Origin: a virus
Lineage: Duplodnaviria; Caudoviricetes
Virus record (IMG/VR): IMGVR_UViG_3300031957_001675
Location: 1,576-65,575 of that record
Length of the DNA: 64,000 nucleotides
Direction: 5' to 3' (one strand)
The notes under the pieces were generated by a model, which was not told the DNA's origin, ran no database searches, and saw only the letters and a program-made list of their open reading frames with translations. Both the position numbers and the translations under genes were made by a program. Below, piece by piece: positions 50,725 through 59,317 of the stretch (its first letter is position 1; each line of letters opens with the position of its first letter).

Positions 50725-51360
50725 TTACCAACCTCGTTTGTCAATAGCTTTTATAACATTGACTACGGCTGTCTCCATAGCTTTATTTGATGCAGAACTA
50801 AGTGAACTTTGATTCCAATCCATATTTGGATTCATTAAAAATCCTTTACCTATGGTTGAAGCAGTTCCTCTTCCACTACCTACAACATATTGTGTGTTTT
50901 CATTGTTGATGAGTTTTACTTGTATACCAACAAATGTTTCGTTGATTGTTTCAACTTTACCAGCTTTGATTTCTTCTTTTAGATTTACACCAAAGTCATA
51001 AATACTTACACTAGCAGAATACTTTGCTTTTGTAATCTTGGCTTTGTTAGCTTTTAAATCATTCATAATTAAAAGTTGCATATCTCTTTCAGCTTCAACT
51101 AAATTAAATCTACCAACATAAGAGATTACATTTTGAAGTTCTTGAACAAGACCCATAGAAACTCTCTTCTCAGCTAGTTCAGGGTATCTTTCTTCTAACT
51201 CTTTATTAAACTTCAAATCATAAAGTTTCAATCCATCAACTTTTGTTACTTCAATCTCATCTAATGATTTTTGTTTTTCATATTCACCAACGTATTGTTC
51301 TGTTGATACTGATGCAGCACAACCAAAGAATACTAATAGTAAAGGTAATATTTTAATCAT
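50725..51360 (-). CDS. CsgG/HfaB-like lipoprotein
   Basis: Lipobox FFGC; GRFNLVE...SIYDFG...VGIQVKLIN......V.SGRG...A..KAMETAV pattern. Confidence 0.65.
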   Translation of the reverse strand: MIKILPLLLVFFGCAASVSTEQYVGEYEKQKSLDEIEVTKVDGLKLYDLKFNKELEERYPELAEKRVSMGLVQELQNVISYVGRFNLVEAERDMQLLIMNDLKANKAKITKAKYSASVSIYDFGVNLKEEIKAGKVETINETFVGIQVKLINNENTQYVVGSGRGTASTIGKGFLMNPNMDWNQSSLSSASNKAMETAVVNVIKAIDKRGW

Positions 51361-51728
51361 TTGTCTCTCCATATAATTGGTTTTTTACCACCATCTTTTT
51401 TCTTATCTTTCCAAGAATCTTCACCGACTTTATATCCGATGTAATATGAAACACCTGCAACAACTAATGTATGAATCATACGACGTGTTCTCATCTTCTG
51501 ACGAGCTTGTCTTACCACTATTTGTTTATTTCGAACACCTTGTTTCTGATTCATTTTCATATGTGCCCTTTTATGAGCCGCTTCATACTTTTTAAAATCC
51601 CAATCTTGAATTGTTTTTACTACTTTCTCACCTGTAGTTTCTTTAACATCTTGTGCTACTAATTGTGTACCTACAGATAACGCTATTATTATAGCAAATA
51701 GTATCCAAAACTTTTTATTATTTTTCAT
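51357..51728 (-). CDS. Secreted/membrane hypothetical protein
   Basis: Signal peptide similar to that of the PorV-like gene, plus a C-terminal hydrophobic segment. Confidence 0.55.
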   Translation of the reverse strand: MKNNKKFWILFAIIIALSVGTQLVAQDVKETTGEKVVKTIQDWDFKKYEAAHKRAHMKMNQKQGVRNKQIVVRQARQKMRTRRMIHTLVVAGVSYYIGYKVGEDSWKDKKKDGGKKPIIWRDK

Positions 51729-52063
51729 TATTCTCTCCTCGTGGTTCTTCTACCACCTCTACTTTTACCACCTTTGTGACCACCTTTGTTATTACCTCTA
51801 CGATATTCACCACTTCTTTTTTTCTTTGGTTTGATGTAAACATATTTAGGTGTGTCTACATAATAATTTACACCATAGTAATAATCCCTATAGTTTTTGT
51901 TCCAATATAGGTCTGAGTATGAGTTTCTAAAATGTACATCATAATATACGTTGTAGTACGCTTGAGAAACTCTTGTACTATCGTTTGGTATGACAGGTTC
52001 TCTGTCGAAACTACCAATCGAAATGCCGATAATTAAACCGGTTATGAGTTCTAATATTCCCAT
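51728..52063 (-). CDS. Hypothetical membrane-anchored Tyr-rich protein with basic tail
   Basis: Hydrophobic N-terminus, Tyr-rich middle, R/K/G-rich end. Confidence 0.5.
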   Translation of the reverse strand: MGILELITGLIIGISIGSFDREPVIPNDSTRVSQAYYNVYYDVHFRNSYSDLYWNKNYRDYYYGVNYYVDTPKYVYIKPKKKRSGEYRRGNNKGGHKGGKSRGGRRTTRRE

Positions 52064-52070
52064 ATATCTC

Positions 52071-52460
52071 CTATCTAAAATCTGATAAAGGGTCTTTAAG
52101 TAGTTCTTCTAGCTTCTTGATTTCTCTTTTTAGATTTTTGATTTCATTGTTTAAGTTAGCTACATCTTTATCATAAGATTTAACTTTAGGTGTTTTTAAG
52201 TTATCAAGTTTATCACGAAGATATTTAATATCCTCATCATACCCATCTAACTTAGATGTTACTAATTCAATATCACTTGCTTCCGCGAAACCCTCTACAA
52301 CTTCTTCTAATCCATCAATACGACCAGTAAACGAATACCAACCAGCAATACCAGTTGATAATACAGTTACAAGTGCTATGATATTTTGGATTGATAATCC
52401 AAACTTTTTATTTTTTATTTCTTCTACTGCTGCTTCAGCATCGACTATATTTTTTGCCAT
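52071..52460 (-). CDS. Single-TM coiled-coil protein
   Basis: IIALVTVLSTGIAGWY helix followed by heptads; AAGGAG RBS. Confidence 0.6.
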   Translation of the reverse strand: MAKNIVDAEAAVEEIKNKKFGLSIQNIIALVTVLSTGIAGWYSFTGRIDGLEEVVEGFAEASDIELVTSKLDGYDEDIKYLRDKLDNLKTPKVKSYDKDVANLNNEIKNLKREIKKLEELLKDPLSDFR

Positions 52461-52471
52461 AACTTATCTCC

Positions 52472-52516
52472 TTAATTACAACAACCGCATTCGCAGTTAT
52501 CTTGATAATTTTTCAT
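52472..52516 (-). CDS. Possible 14-aa Cys-rich micropeptide MKNYQDNCECGCCN
   Basis: ATG 1 nt after the upstream stop; its TAA overlaps the RBS of the next gene. Confidence 0.4.
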   Translation of the reverse strand: MKNYQDNCECGCCN

Positions 52517-52517
52517 A

Positions 52518-53405
52518 TTAAAACTCCAAGTTTATTGTTAATCTAATTGTGTTACTTAATGGTAACGTCTTGTCTCCATAAATATAACTCATACCAATAA
52601 GATACTTATCATATTTAAAATCTAATCCAAATGTAGGGTAGGTTAATTTGTGCATATTATCTATGTAATATCCAGTTTTTCCCCATAACATATTTTTATA
52701 ATTGTAACCTGTTCCTATACCAAATGTTTGATGTTTTTTCATTCTATTAAATTGACCATAAAACATCCATTCTTTATATGGGTATGTTCCAGCTACATTT
52801 ACACTTGTAGGTAGTTCTGATTTGTATTCACCAAACTTAGGTGCAAATCCAAAGTTACGAACCATGACATCTAAATCTAAATCTTTATATACTTTAGGAA
52901 AATACCATCCTAATCCGAGTATTAATCCTGTGGCTTTTTCTGAGAATAAATCGTGATGTACTATCTTACTTTCAATACCCCAATAATAATCTTTTATCAA
53001 ACCTCCAAAAGCTGTTCCTGGAGCTTTACCTCCCCAATTGAATCCCCATACAGAACTCAAAGGAGTAAATTGTCCTAAAATTATTCCGTATTCATCAGCT
53101 TGATTCTGTTCTCCATAATTAAAAAACAAAACATCAATTCCATATTGTTGACGTTCAACTCTTATATAGTTGTAGTTCATATCATTAACAATACTCGTCA
53201 TCCAATTCACTCTACTAAAACTGAAATGGTCTTTATCAAAAAGATTACGAGCTGGATTCATCATTGGTAACATTACATTACCAATAGAACTTACTTGAGC
53301 AGTTGGTGCTAACGTAAGTATTCTATTTGCTTGTGCTAATAGTTGACTACTTAACGATAATAATATCGCTAAACTGAATAATATCCAAAATTTATTTTTT
53401 TTCAC
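52518..53405 (-). CDS. PorV-like (FadL/UPF0164-type) outer-membrane beta-barrel
   Basis: Signal peptide; L..APTA...S.G...NPA...S..NW....D..YNY...FNYG.....DEYG...G.F pattern; C-terminal LTINLEF. Probable start is GTG 53405. Confidence 0.75.
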   Translation of the reverse strand: MKKNKFWILFSLAILLSLSSQLLAQANRILTLAPTAQVSSIGNVMLPMMNPARNLFDKDHFSFSRVNWMTSIVNDMNYNYIRVERQQYGIDVLFFNYGEQNQADEYGIILGQFTPLSSVWGFNWGGKAPGTAFGGLIKDYYWGIESKIVHHDLFSEKATGLILGLGWYFPKVYKDLDLDVMVRNFGFAPKFGEYKSELPTSVNVAGTYPYKEWMFYGQFNRMKKHQTFGIGTGYNYKNMLWGKTGYYIDNMHKLTYPTFGLDFKYDKYLIGMSYIYGDKTLPLSNTIRLTINLEF

Positions 53406-53508
53406 GTTTTTCTTCCATTTTTTCTGAAAACCAAACAATAAGTTTCATCGTATAATATAATGCTGGTAACATCAGTGCTACTGCTAAAAAGAATTGTCCT
53501 TCATTCAT
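53392..53508 (-). CDS. Small single-TM protein (38 aa; not in the ORF track)
   Basis: MNEGQFFLAVALMLPALYYTMKLIVWFSEKMEEKREKK; TAATG overlap with the upstream gene. Confidence 0.55.
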   Translation of the reverse strand: MNEGQFFLAVALMLPALYYTMKLIVWFSEKMEEKREKK

Positions 53509-56339
53509 TATTTCACCACCGTAAATTTATTTGCTTTTATTTTATTGTTTGTTTGCATTACAAATATATAAACACCTGGTTCAAGTTTTTGATGATTTTC
53601 ATATACGCTCATCTCTGGTATCCAAACACTTGGTTCGTTTGTAAAATCAAAAGTATGTAATCCAGCCATTACGTGTTCATTTAGTAATGTCCCTACCTTC
53701 TGTCCTATTGAATTTAAGATATATAATTTTACATCTTTTGATTGGGGTAGATAGAATTGGAATGTAGTATTTTCTTTGAATGGATTCGGATAGTTGTAAG
53801 TAATACCATCACCATCTGGTTCTGAACCTCCGAATGCCCAATACTTATTCCATACTAATACTTGTCCGTCATTTCGTTTCATCAATAAGTCTCTACCCGC
53901 TGGTGTACCTGCTGAATACTTACCAGTAAATCTTATTGGAGCTGTTGTCCACTCTCTATCAGGAAAATCAGCTTCGAATAATAAATTCAACCCTGTAATC
54001 TCTTTGTCAATCCAATACGTTTCAGGTTTATTACTAGGTGAATAATCAACACCTCCAAATGATACTTTTCTCCAACCATCTACTGCTTCGTGAACATTTA
54101 CATACGTCATCCAAGGGCCTGGTAGAACGTCAGTTTTCATATCTATAAATTTTAACTCGTCTTCTTTATACTCAACTTCAAATTCAAATCCTGCTAACAA
54201 AACTTCGTCTATTGGTGTGATAGTCAAAGGAACTTCTATTTGATTACCAGATTGAACTCGTACGGTTGAATCAGCAGGTAACGATAAAGTTACGTCAGGA
54301 TTTATTGATTGATTGTTCGTAATTACTTTGTTTACATAATTAGAAGGAGCACTACCACCTTTCCATCTATGAAACATTATATTGGAGGCTATATCATTTT
54401 GATAACCATCTCCTCCACTCTCTGATACTTTCGTACCCGTATTGTTTATGTCACCTGTAAAGTAATATCCAATGTCTGGTATCAAGTAATCTGGGTTACC
54501 TACTTGACCAGTTCTTTCATATAATCTATCTTTATGCCACGAAGAATATCCACCACCTAATATTAAGTGAAGTGTATCTAGTCCTGTTTGATGGTCATCC
54601 ATCAGAGGGTTGATAGTTTCTATCTGACCAAATGTTAAAGCCTTTTGATTTGTGGCTAAAGCTCTTGTTGTTGTGGTTGGAGATTTAAAACCATTATTAT
54701 CACCCGAACTTCTATCACCAGCTGTACCTGATTCTGCTGTTGTGGTCTCATCCCAATATACCGTGAACTCATATTTTTGTGGTCGTGATTGTCCGTTCAC
54801 CGTTTGATAATAAGTGTAATCATTAGCATTACCACTTTCTTTAAAAACCTCGATAGTCGCCCAATCTTCGTAAGAATTTCCATTATGATGAGTATAGTTG
54901 TTTAAGATACCTGAAACATAAGCCCATAAAATATAAGTGTCGTTTAACTGATACACATCGTCACCATCAACATCACCAACTAAATATTCGATAGCTGTTA
55001 AAGTATCTATTCGACCACCACCACTATTGTAGTTATGATGTTTACCTGATTGGAAATTGAATGAAGCTATAGCATCATTAGCATTTGTAATAGCCGTTCT
55101 GTCTAACTCAAGTTGTGTATGTGCTTCAATATTATCACTTGCATCGGGTGGCCAAAATGATATACGATATCTATTGTTTCTTGGTAACTGAATATTATAA
55201 TATCCTTTATCATCGGTATAAGTAGAATCATAATAACTTATACCAAGAAATCCCTCTTTGGGTAATGCTTGTAAAGCAGTTGTTGATTTGTTATCATAAT
55301 AAAATGTTGCTGTGTGGTCTCCGATAATATCATCAGAATTATCCTCATCAACTAAATTAGCTTCGTTTGTAGTAGTCTCAAAGTTTAACCAGTTAGTTAT
55401 TCTTGGACTGAAGTTAGCTTCATTGTGGTCTAACTCAAATTTTACTTTCCAATATGGATATGTATTCTCCGCTGGTGCACTCCAAGCCGCTCCAAGAGCT
55501 CTATCTTTACCTTGAGCATATCTGAAGTATCCTTCAACATCTAGTAGTTTTGGGTGTAGTGTTATATCACCTCTAGCTCCACCTATACCAACTTGTTCTG
55601 TACCAGTGTTACCATCAATGTAAACTTTGTAATTAGAACCATAAAGACCGTTTGTAACGTATGTGTAATACCCTATACTACCATCATATTTTGTAGCAAC
55701 TCTAAAAGCTTTCGGAGCAAAGTTATCAGCTACATCATTGACCTTAAAATGTAATTTCAATAACTCTGTTTGTGTACCGTTACCATTACCAAAAGTTTTC
55801 ACATTACCATTGTGAGATACCATTGTTATTCTCAACCAATCATATCTTGTATCAGTAACGGATAGTTCATCATCTGCGTCAGCTAATGAATCGGTATATC
55901 CCACATTCTCATATCTGACGACTTCGTATGAATAATGTGCTCCGGCTGAACTATCACCTTCTGTCCAACCTGAAATGTAAGCTCCTTTTTCAACGTGAGT
56001 TGAGTCGTGTCCCCAAGTAAATAAATCATTGTCGAAAGCTAAATCTAAACGAAAGGCAGTAACACTAGCTCCGTTATCATCAAGAGTAACAGCTAAAGTC
56101 ATTACTGAATCTCTCCAGGCATCGAAGTTATTGTTCTTATATGCAACACCTACTGCGGCATTAGATGTGTTCATACCGGTAGTGTCATCTGCCAAGTAAC
56201 CTCTTAGTTTAAAGGTTTCTGAGTCTCTCCACCAAAACTTAGGTGTTTTATATTCTCTTGATTGCATAAGTCTAATTATTGGTGTTTGAGTATAAGAAAA
56301 ACTCATCAACAATATTAAACTTAATAAAAATTTACGCAA
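53508..56339 (-). CDS. Secreted protein with cohesin-like and dockerin-like domains and a C-terminal T9SS type A sorting domain
   Basis: Signal peptide; AFRLDLAFDN and EVPLTI...AGFEFEVEY cohesin-like patterns; GDVDGDDVYQLND Ca-loop; NYPNPF...V.LYI.NSIGQ.V...L.PGVYI......KFTVVK CTD. Confidence 0.8.
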   Translation of the reverse strand: MRKFLLSLILLMSFSYTQTPIIRLMQSREYKTPKFWWRDSETFKLRGYLADDTTGMNTSNAAVGVAYKNNNFDAWRDSVMTLAVTLDDNGASVTAFRLDLAFDNDLFTWGHDSTHVEKGAYISGWTEGDSSAGAHYSYEVVRYENVGYTDSLADADDELSVTDTRYDWLRITMVSHNGNVKTFGNGNGTQTELLKLHFKVNDVADNFAPKAFRVATKYDGSIGYYTYVTNGLYGSNYKVYIDGNTGTEQVGIGGARGDITLHPKLLDVEGYFRYAQGKDRALGAAWSAPAENTYPYWKVKFELDHNEANFSPRITNWLNFETTTNEANLVDEDNSDDIIGDHTATFYYDNKSTTALQALPKEGFLGISYYDSTYTDDKGYYNIQLPRNNRYRISFWPPDASDNIEAHTQLELDRTAITNANDAIASFNFQSGKHHNYNSGGGRIDTLTAIEYLVGDVDGDDVYQLNDTYILWAYVSGILNNYTHHNGNSYEDWATIEVFKESGNANDYTYYQTVNGQSRPQKYEFTVYWDETTTAESGTAGDRSSGDNNGFKSPTTTTRALATNQKALTFGQIETINPLMDDHQTGLDTLHLILGGGYSSWHKDRLYERTGQVGNPDYLIPDIGYYFTGDINNTGTKVSESGGDGYQNDIASNIMFHRWKGGSAPSNYVNKVITNNQSINPDVTLSLPADSTVRVQSGNQIEVPLTITPIDEVLLAGFEFEVEYKEDELKFIDMKTDVLPGPWMTYVNVHEAVDGWRKVSFGGVDYSPSNKPETYWIDKEITGLNLLFEADFPDREWTTAPIRFTGKYSAGTPAGRDLLMKRNDGQVLVWNKYWAFGGSEPDGDGITYNYPNPFKENTTFQFYLPQSKDVKLYILNSIGQKVGTLLNEHVMAGLHTFDFTNEPSVWIPEMSVYENHQKLEPGVYIFVMQTNNKIKANKFTVVK

Positions 56340-56396
56340 TGTAAATCTCCTCGTTTAGTTATATAGGTTAAAAGTCGATTAGACTTCTACCTATAC

Positions 56397-56404
56397 ATAA
56401 ATAT
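56397..56404 (-). promoter_or_regulatory. Putative late promoter motif ATATTTAT with adjacent hairpin (56362-56395)
   Basis: Upstream of the envelope cassette; TATAGGT/ACCTATA and AAGTC/GACTT stems. Confidence 0.55.
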
Positions 56405-56427
56405 AATATATATTGCGAAATAGTGGG

Positions 56428-57519
56428 TTAGTTTGTGTCGAATCTCACAACAAATGCAAGTGACATTTCTTTGTCGTTTTTAACTGGTTTTGCTAATTTA
56501 CCTAGAGCTAGTAGTTCGTTTTGGTCATTATATAAACCAATATTTGTGACATATGTGGCAAAGTTTGAATGAGAGGCCTCACCTATAAGTTGTGTACCAA
56601 TTTCATATCCAGAAGTACTCCAAGAACTTGTTGAATAACCAACAACATTATAATTGAAGGTATCATATATACTATGACCTTCTAATGAATGCTGAAAACC
56701 TTCTATCGCTACACTACTACTGAAACCTTGTTTTATACTTTTGTTATTAGTGTGTTGAAAATCATTTTCATCTACTCTACATACATACTCTCGTTCATAT
56801 ATAGTTTGAGTTGAATCAAATTCTATAGTGAATCCATCAGAACCATTACCAGTACTTATATCTTTGTATGACCCTGTGTTTGTTACTACAGCTAGACCAT
56901 CATTATAAAAAAAGTTACCTACTACACTACCACTACCCTGAGCTGTAACTGCTTTGTTTGCGTAGCTTGAAGAAAAGTCTGTATCGTATAAATTACCTCT
57001 ACCGTCATCTTTTAATATAATAGTTGAGTCGGTACTATTGTCTGTAATAGTGACAGAACCCGGTCTTACTCTTTCACCGTATAGTTTTTGTGATATTGAA
57101 ATAACGTTAGCTGTATCGTGTAGTTGTCTTGTATATGGTCTACGTAAACTATATGTTCTTCTTCTTGTAGAGTTATCTAAAGTGGATAATGGTTCAGTAT
57201 ATGTATATGATAAAACTGCATCTGAAGCTGAAGGTACACCTCGAATATAATCGATACTACCTCTCATTTGTGTTATATCTCTATAATATAATTTATAAAT
57301 AGTTTGATATGTTGGTACACTATAAAACACACTAGAAGAAATTGTTTTAGTAGTTGCTGAACTAATATCAAAGTCGTGAAGATTTGAATCAGTAGGCTTA
57401 ACTAAATTTATAGCATAAACACCACTACCACTATCAGCCTCTGTTAAAGCAAATGTTTTATGTGTTTCAAATGAGGATATTAAAATATCTTCTGGTTCAA
57501 GATTTTTCTTGAATGACAT
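56428..57519 (-). CDS. Baseplate/tail structural protein
   Basis: C-terminal YVTNIGLYNDQNELLALGKLAKPVK motif, reminiscent of tail-collar domains; paralog of the adjacent gene. Confidence 0.65.
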   Translation of the reverse strand: MSFKKNLEPEDILISSFETHKTFALTEADSGSGVYAINLVKPTDSNLHDFDISSATTKTISSSVFYSVPTYQTIYKLYYRDITQMRGSIDYIRGVPSASDAVLSYTYTEPLSTLDNSTRRRTYSLRRPYTRQLHDTANVISISQKLYGERVRPGSVTITDNSTDSTIILKDDGRGNLYDTDFSSSYANKAVTAQGSGSVVGNFFYNDGLAVVTNTGSYKDISTGNGSDGFTIEFDSTQTIYEREYVCRVDENDFQHTNNKSIKQGFSSSVAIEGFQHSLEGHSIYDTFNYNVVGYSTSSWSTSGYEIGTQLIGEASHSNFATYVTNIGLYNDQNELLALGKLAKPVKNDKEMSLAFVVRFDTN

Positions 57520-57531
57520 TTTTTACCCCTT

Positions 57532-58557
57532 TTAGAAATCAAGTTTAACTTTTATAAGAGCTTCTCTTGATTTTGATTTGATGATTGGTTTACTTAATTT
57601 TGCTATAGCTAACAATTCATTATCAGCATTATACATACCGACAGTTGTTATGAATGTCTTAGGGTCTTTTTGTAATCCAGGTACAACTCTTTTTACACCT
57701 GATACCGACTCTGTATAAAAAGTTTCATTTGTTGTACTATTAAACTCTTTTGCTGTAGCTCTTACGAAGAAATGTCTTGATGTTATTTCTTCTTGTCTTT
57801 TTGCTGAGAAGTATGCACCTTCTTTAACAGCATTTGAAAAAAGTCTAGCATTTCTATCATCACTATTAGAACCACTTTTTGTAATTAAATTCAATGGTGC
57901 ATTTTGTAATCTTATTGGATTAAATATCATACTACCTAAGCTTGGATAAAATAAACCATATGAACCAATTGTTGTACCTTCACCAGCAGCTGTTGTGTTG
58001 ATTGTAGTGCCACCTACGAGAGTACCACTAACAATGTTATACTCTGGTGAGAAATTTCTTTGGTCTGTATTACCACCTTTATTAGTGCTTGAATCATCAA
58101 TCAACTTAACTGTATGATTACCGTCATTAATATGTAGTTCCCAACCACCTGGTTCTAATGATTCTCTAATTCTTGCTCTATTGAATGTTAATGCATAAAA
58201 TTGTTTTACATCATCTAACCCACTAAATTTAAATCTTTGTGTTTGAGGTGGGTTAATCATATTGTTGAACTGACCGAATACGGCTGCAGTTGTTCTATCA
58301 CCTGCTGTACCAGGTAAACCAAGAGATGCACTACCCTCTGCGTGACCATAAGCAACACCAAATTGAACAGATGCTGATGAGTTAGTTGCTGGGTCATATC
58401 TGTATAAATCTACATTGTAGTCACCAGTATTTGTGTATTGTGTAGATGATGTATGAAACGTAGTTATACTTGATGCTCCGTCTTGGAAAACACCCGAAGT
58501 AACTATAGCTACATCAGATACTTTATCATCTTCTGTTAATGGTTTAAACATTGACAT
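57532..58557 (-). CDS. Baseplate/tail structural protein
   Basis: C-terminal FITTVGMYNADNELLAIAKLSKPIIK motif. Confidence 0.65.
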   Translation of the reverse strand: MSMFKPLTEDDKVSDVAIVTSGVFQDGASSITTFHTSSTQYTNTGDYNVDLYRYDPATNSSASVQFGVAYGHAEGSASLGLPGTAGDRTTAAVFGQFNNMINPPQTQRFKFSGLDDVKQFYALTFNRARIRESLEPGGWELHINDGNHTVKLIDDSSTNKGGNTDQRNFSPEYNIVSGTLVGGTTINTTAAGEGTTIGSYGLFYPSLGSMIFNPIRLQNAPLNLITKSGSNSDDRNARLFSNAVKEGAYFSAKRQEEITSRHFFVRATAKEFNSTTNETFYTESVSGVKRVVPGLQKDPKTFITTVGMYNADNELLAIAKLSKPIIKSKSREALIKVKLDF

Positions 58558-58581
58558 ATTTTTATTCCTTATAATTTAAAA

Positions 58582-59238
58582 TTAAGGTGCTTCGTATTGA
58601 CCAGAACCACCAGAACCTCCAGAACCTCCAGTATTACCAGTACCACCACCATTAGCAGGGTCTTGTGGTGCATCTGGAGGTGTTGTGCTACCTTCATCGG
58701 CCTTTACAGATATAGTGATTACATTTACTATACTAGAATTTTCACCTTGAACTGTAACAGTTGTTGTTGCCGTTGGGTTAATAGATTGTGCTATCAACGT
58801 AACAGTTTTAGCTGTATGTACTCGTTGTGATGGTACACTTTTAAATTTTACAATATTTGTATTTTCTATTGTAAATACATAATTTTCTGCTGCTCCACCA
58901 ACAGTGGTTGGTGAAAGTGCTATCTCTGAGAATGCGGGGGTGTCTGGATAAGTTAACGATGCAACATTTACTTTGACACCAGCTAAAGATTGATTTACAA
59001 GAAAACTATTGAATGCTTTTCTATTAGGTGCTGCCTCTAATAAAGACATATTCTCTATTGCTACACCATACGAATCTGTACCGTCTGGGTGTGTTACATC
59101 ATAAAGTGTGTAATCTATTTCTTCATCGCTAAGTGCAAACTTAGTAATGTTAAAATTACCACCTTGTGATAAGATTTCCCTACCTCTTTTTGTTAAAATA
59201 GCATCTACTGTAATGCTCGAGTTGTCTAAAAAGCCCAT
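58582..59238 (-). CDS. Baseplate/tail structural protein
   Basis: DAILTKRGREIL....NITKFALSDEEIDY motif, reminiscent of a tail-collar N-terminus. Confidence 0.65.
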   Translation of the reverse strand: MGFLDNSSITVDAILTKRGREILSQGGNFNITKFALSDEEIDYTLYDVTHPDGTDSYGVAIENMSLLEAAPNRKAFNSFLVNQSLAGVKVNVASLTYPDTPAFSEIALSPTTVGGAAENYVFTIENTNIVKFKSVPSQRVHTAKTVTLIAQSINPTATTTVTVQGENSSIVNVITISVKADEGSTTPPDAPQDPANGGGTGNTGGSGGSGGSGQYEAP

Positions 59239-59281
59239 TGTTTATCTCCAAGATTTAAAATTTGATATAACTTTACTGTTA

Positions 59282-59289
59282 ATAAATAT
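59282..59289 (-). promoter_or_regulatory. Putative late promoter motif ATATTTAT
   Basis: Intergenic, upstream of three structural genes. Confidence 0.6.
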
Positions 59290-59317
59290 ATATGTTCTAA
59301 GTTTTTTAACAATTTAA

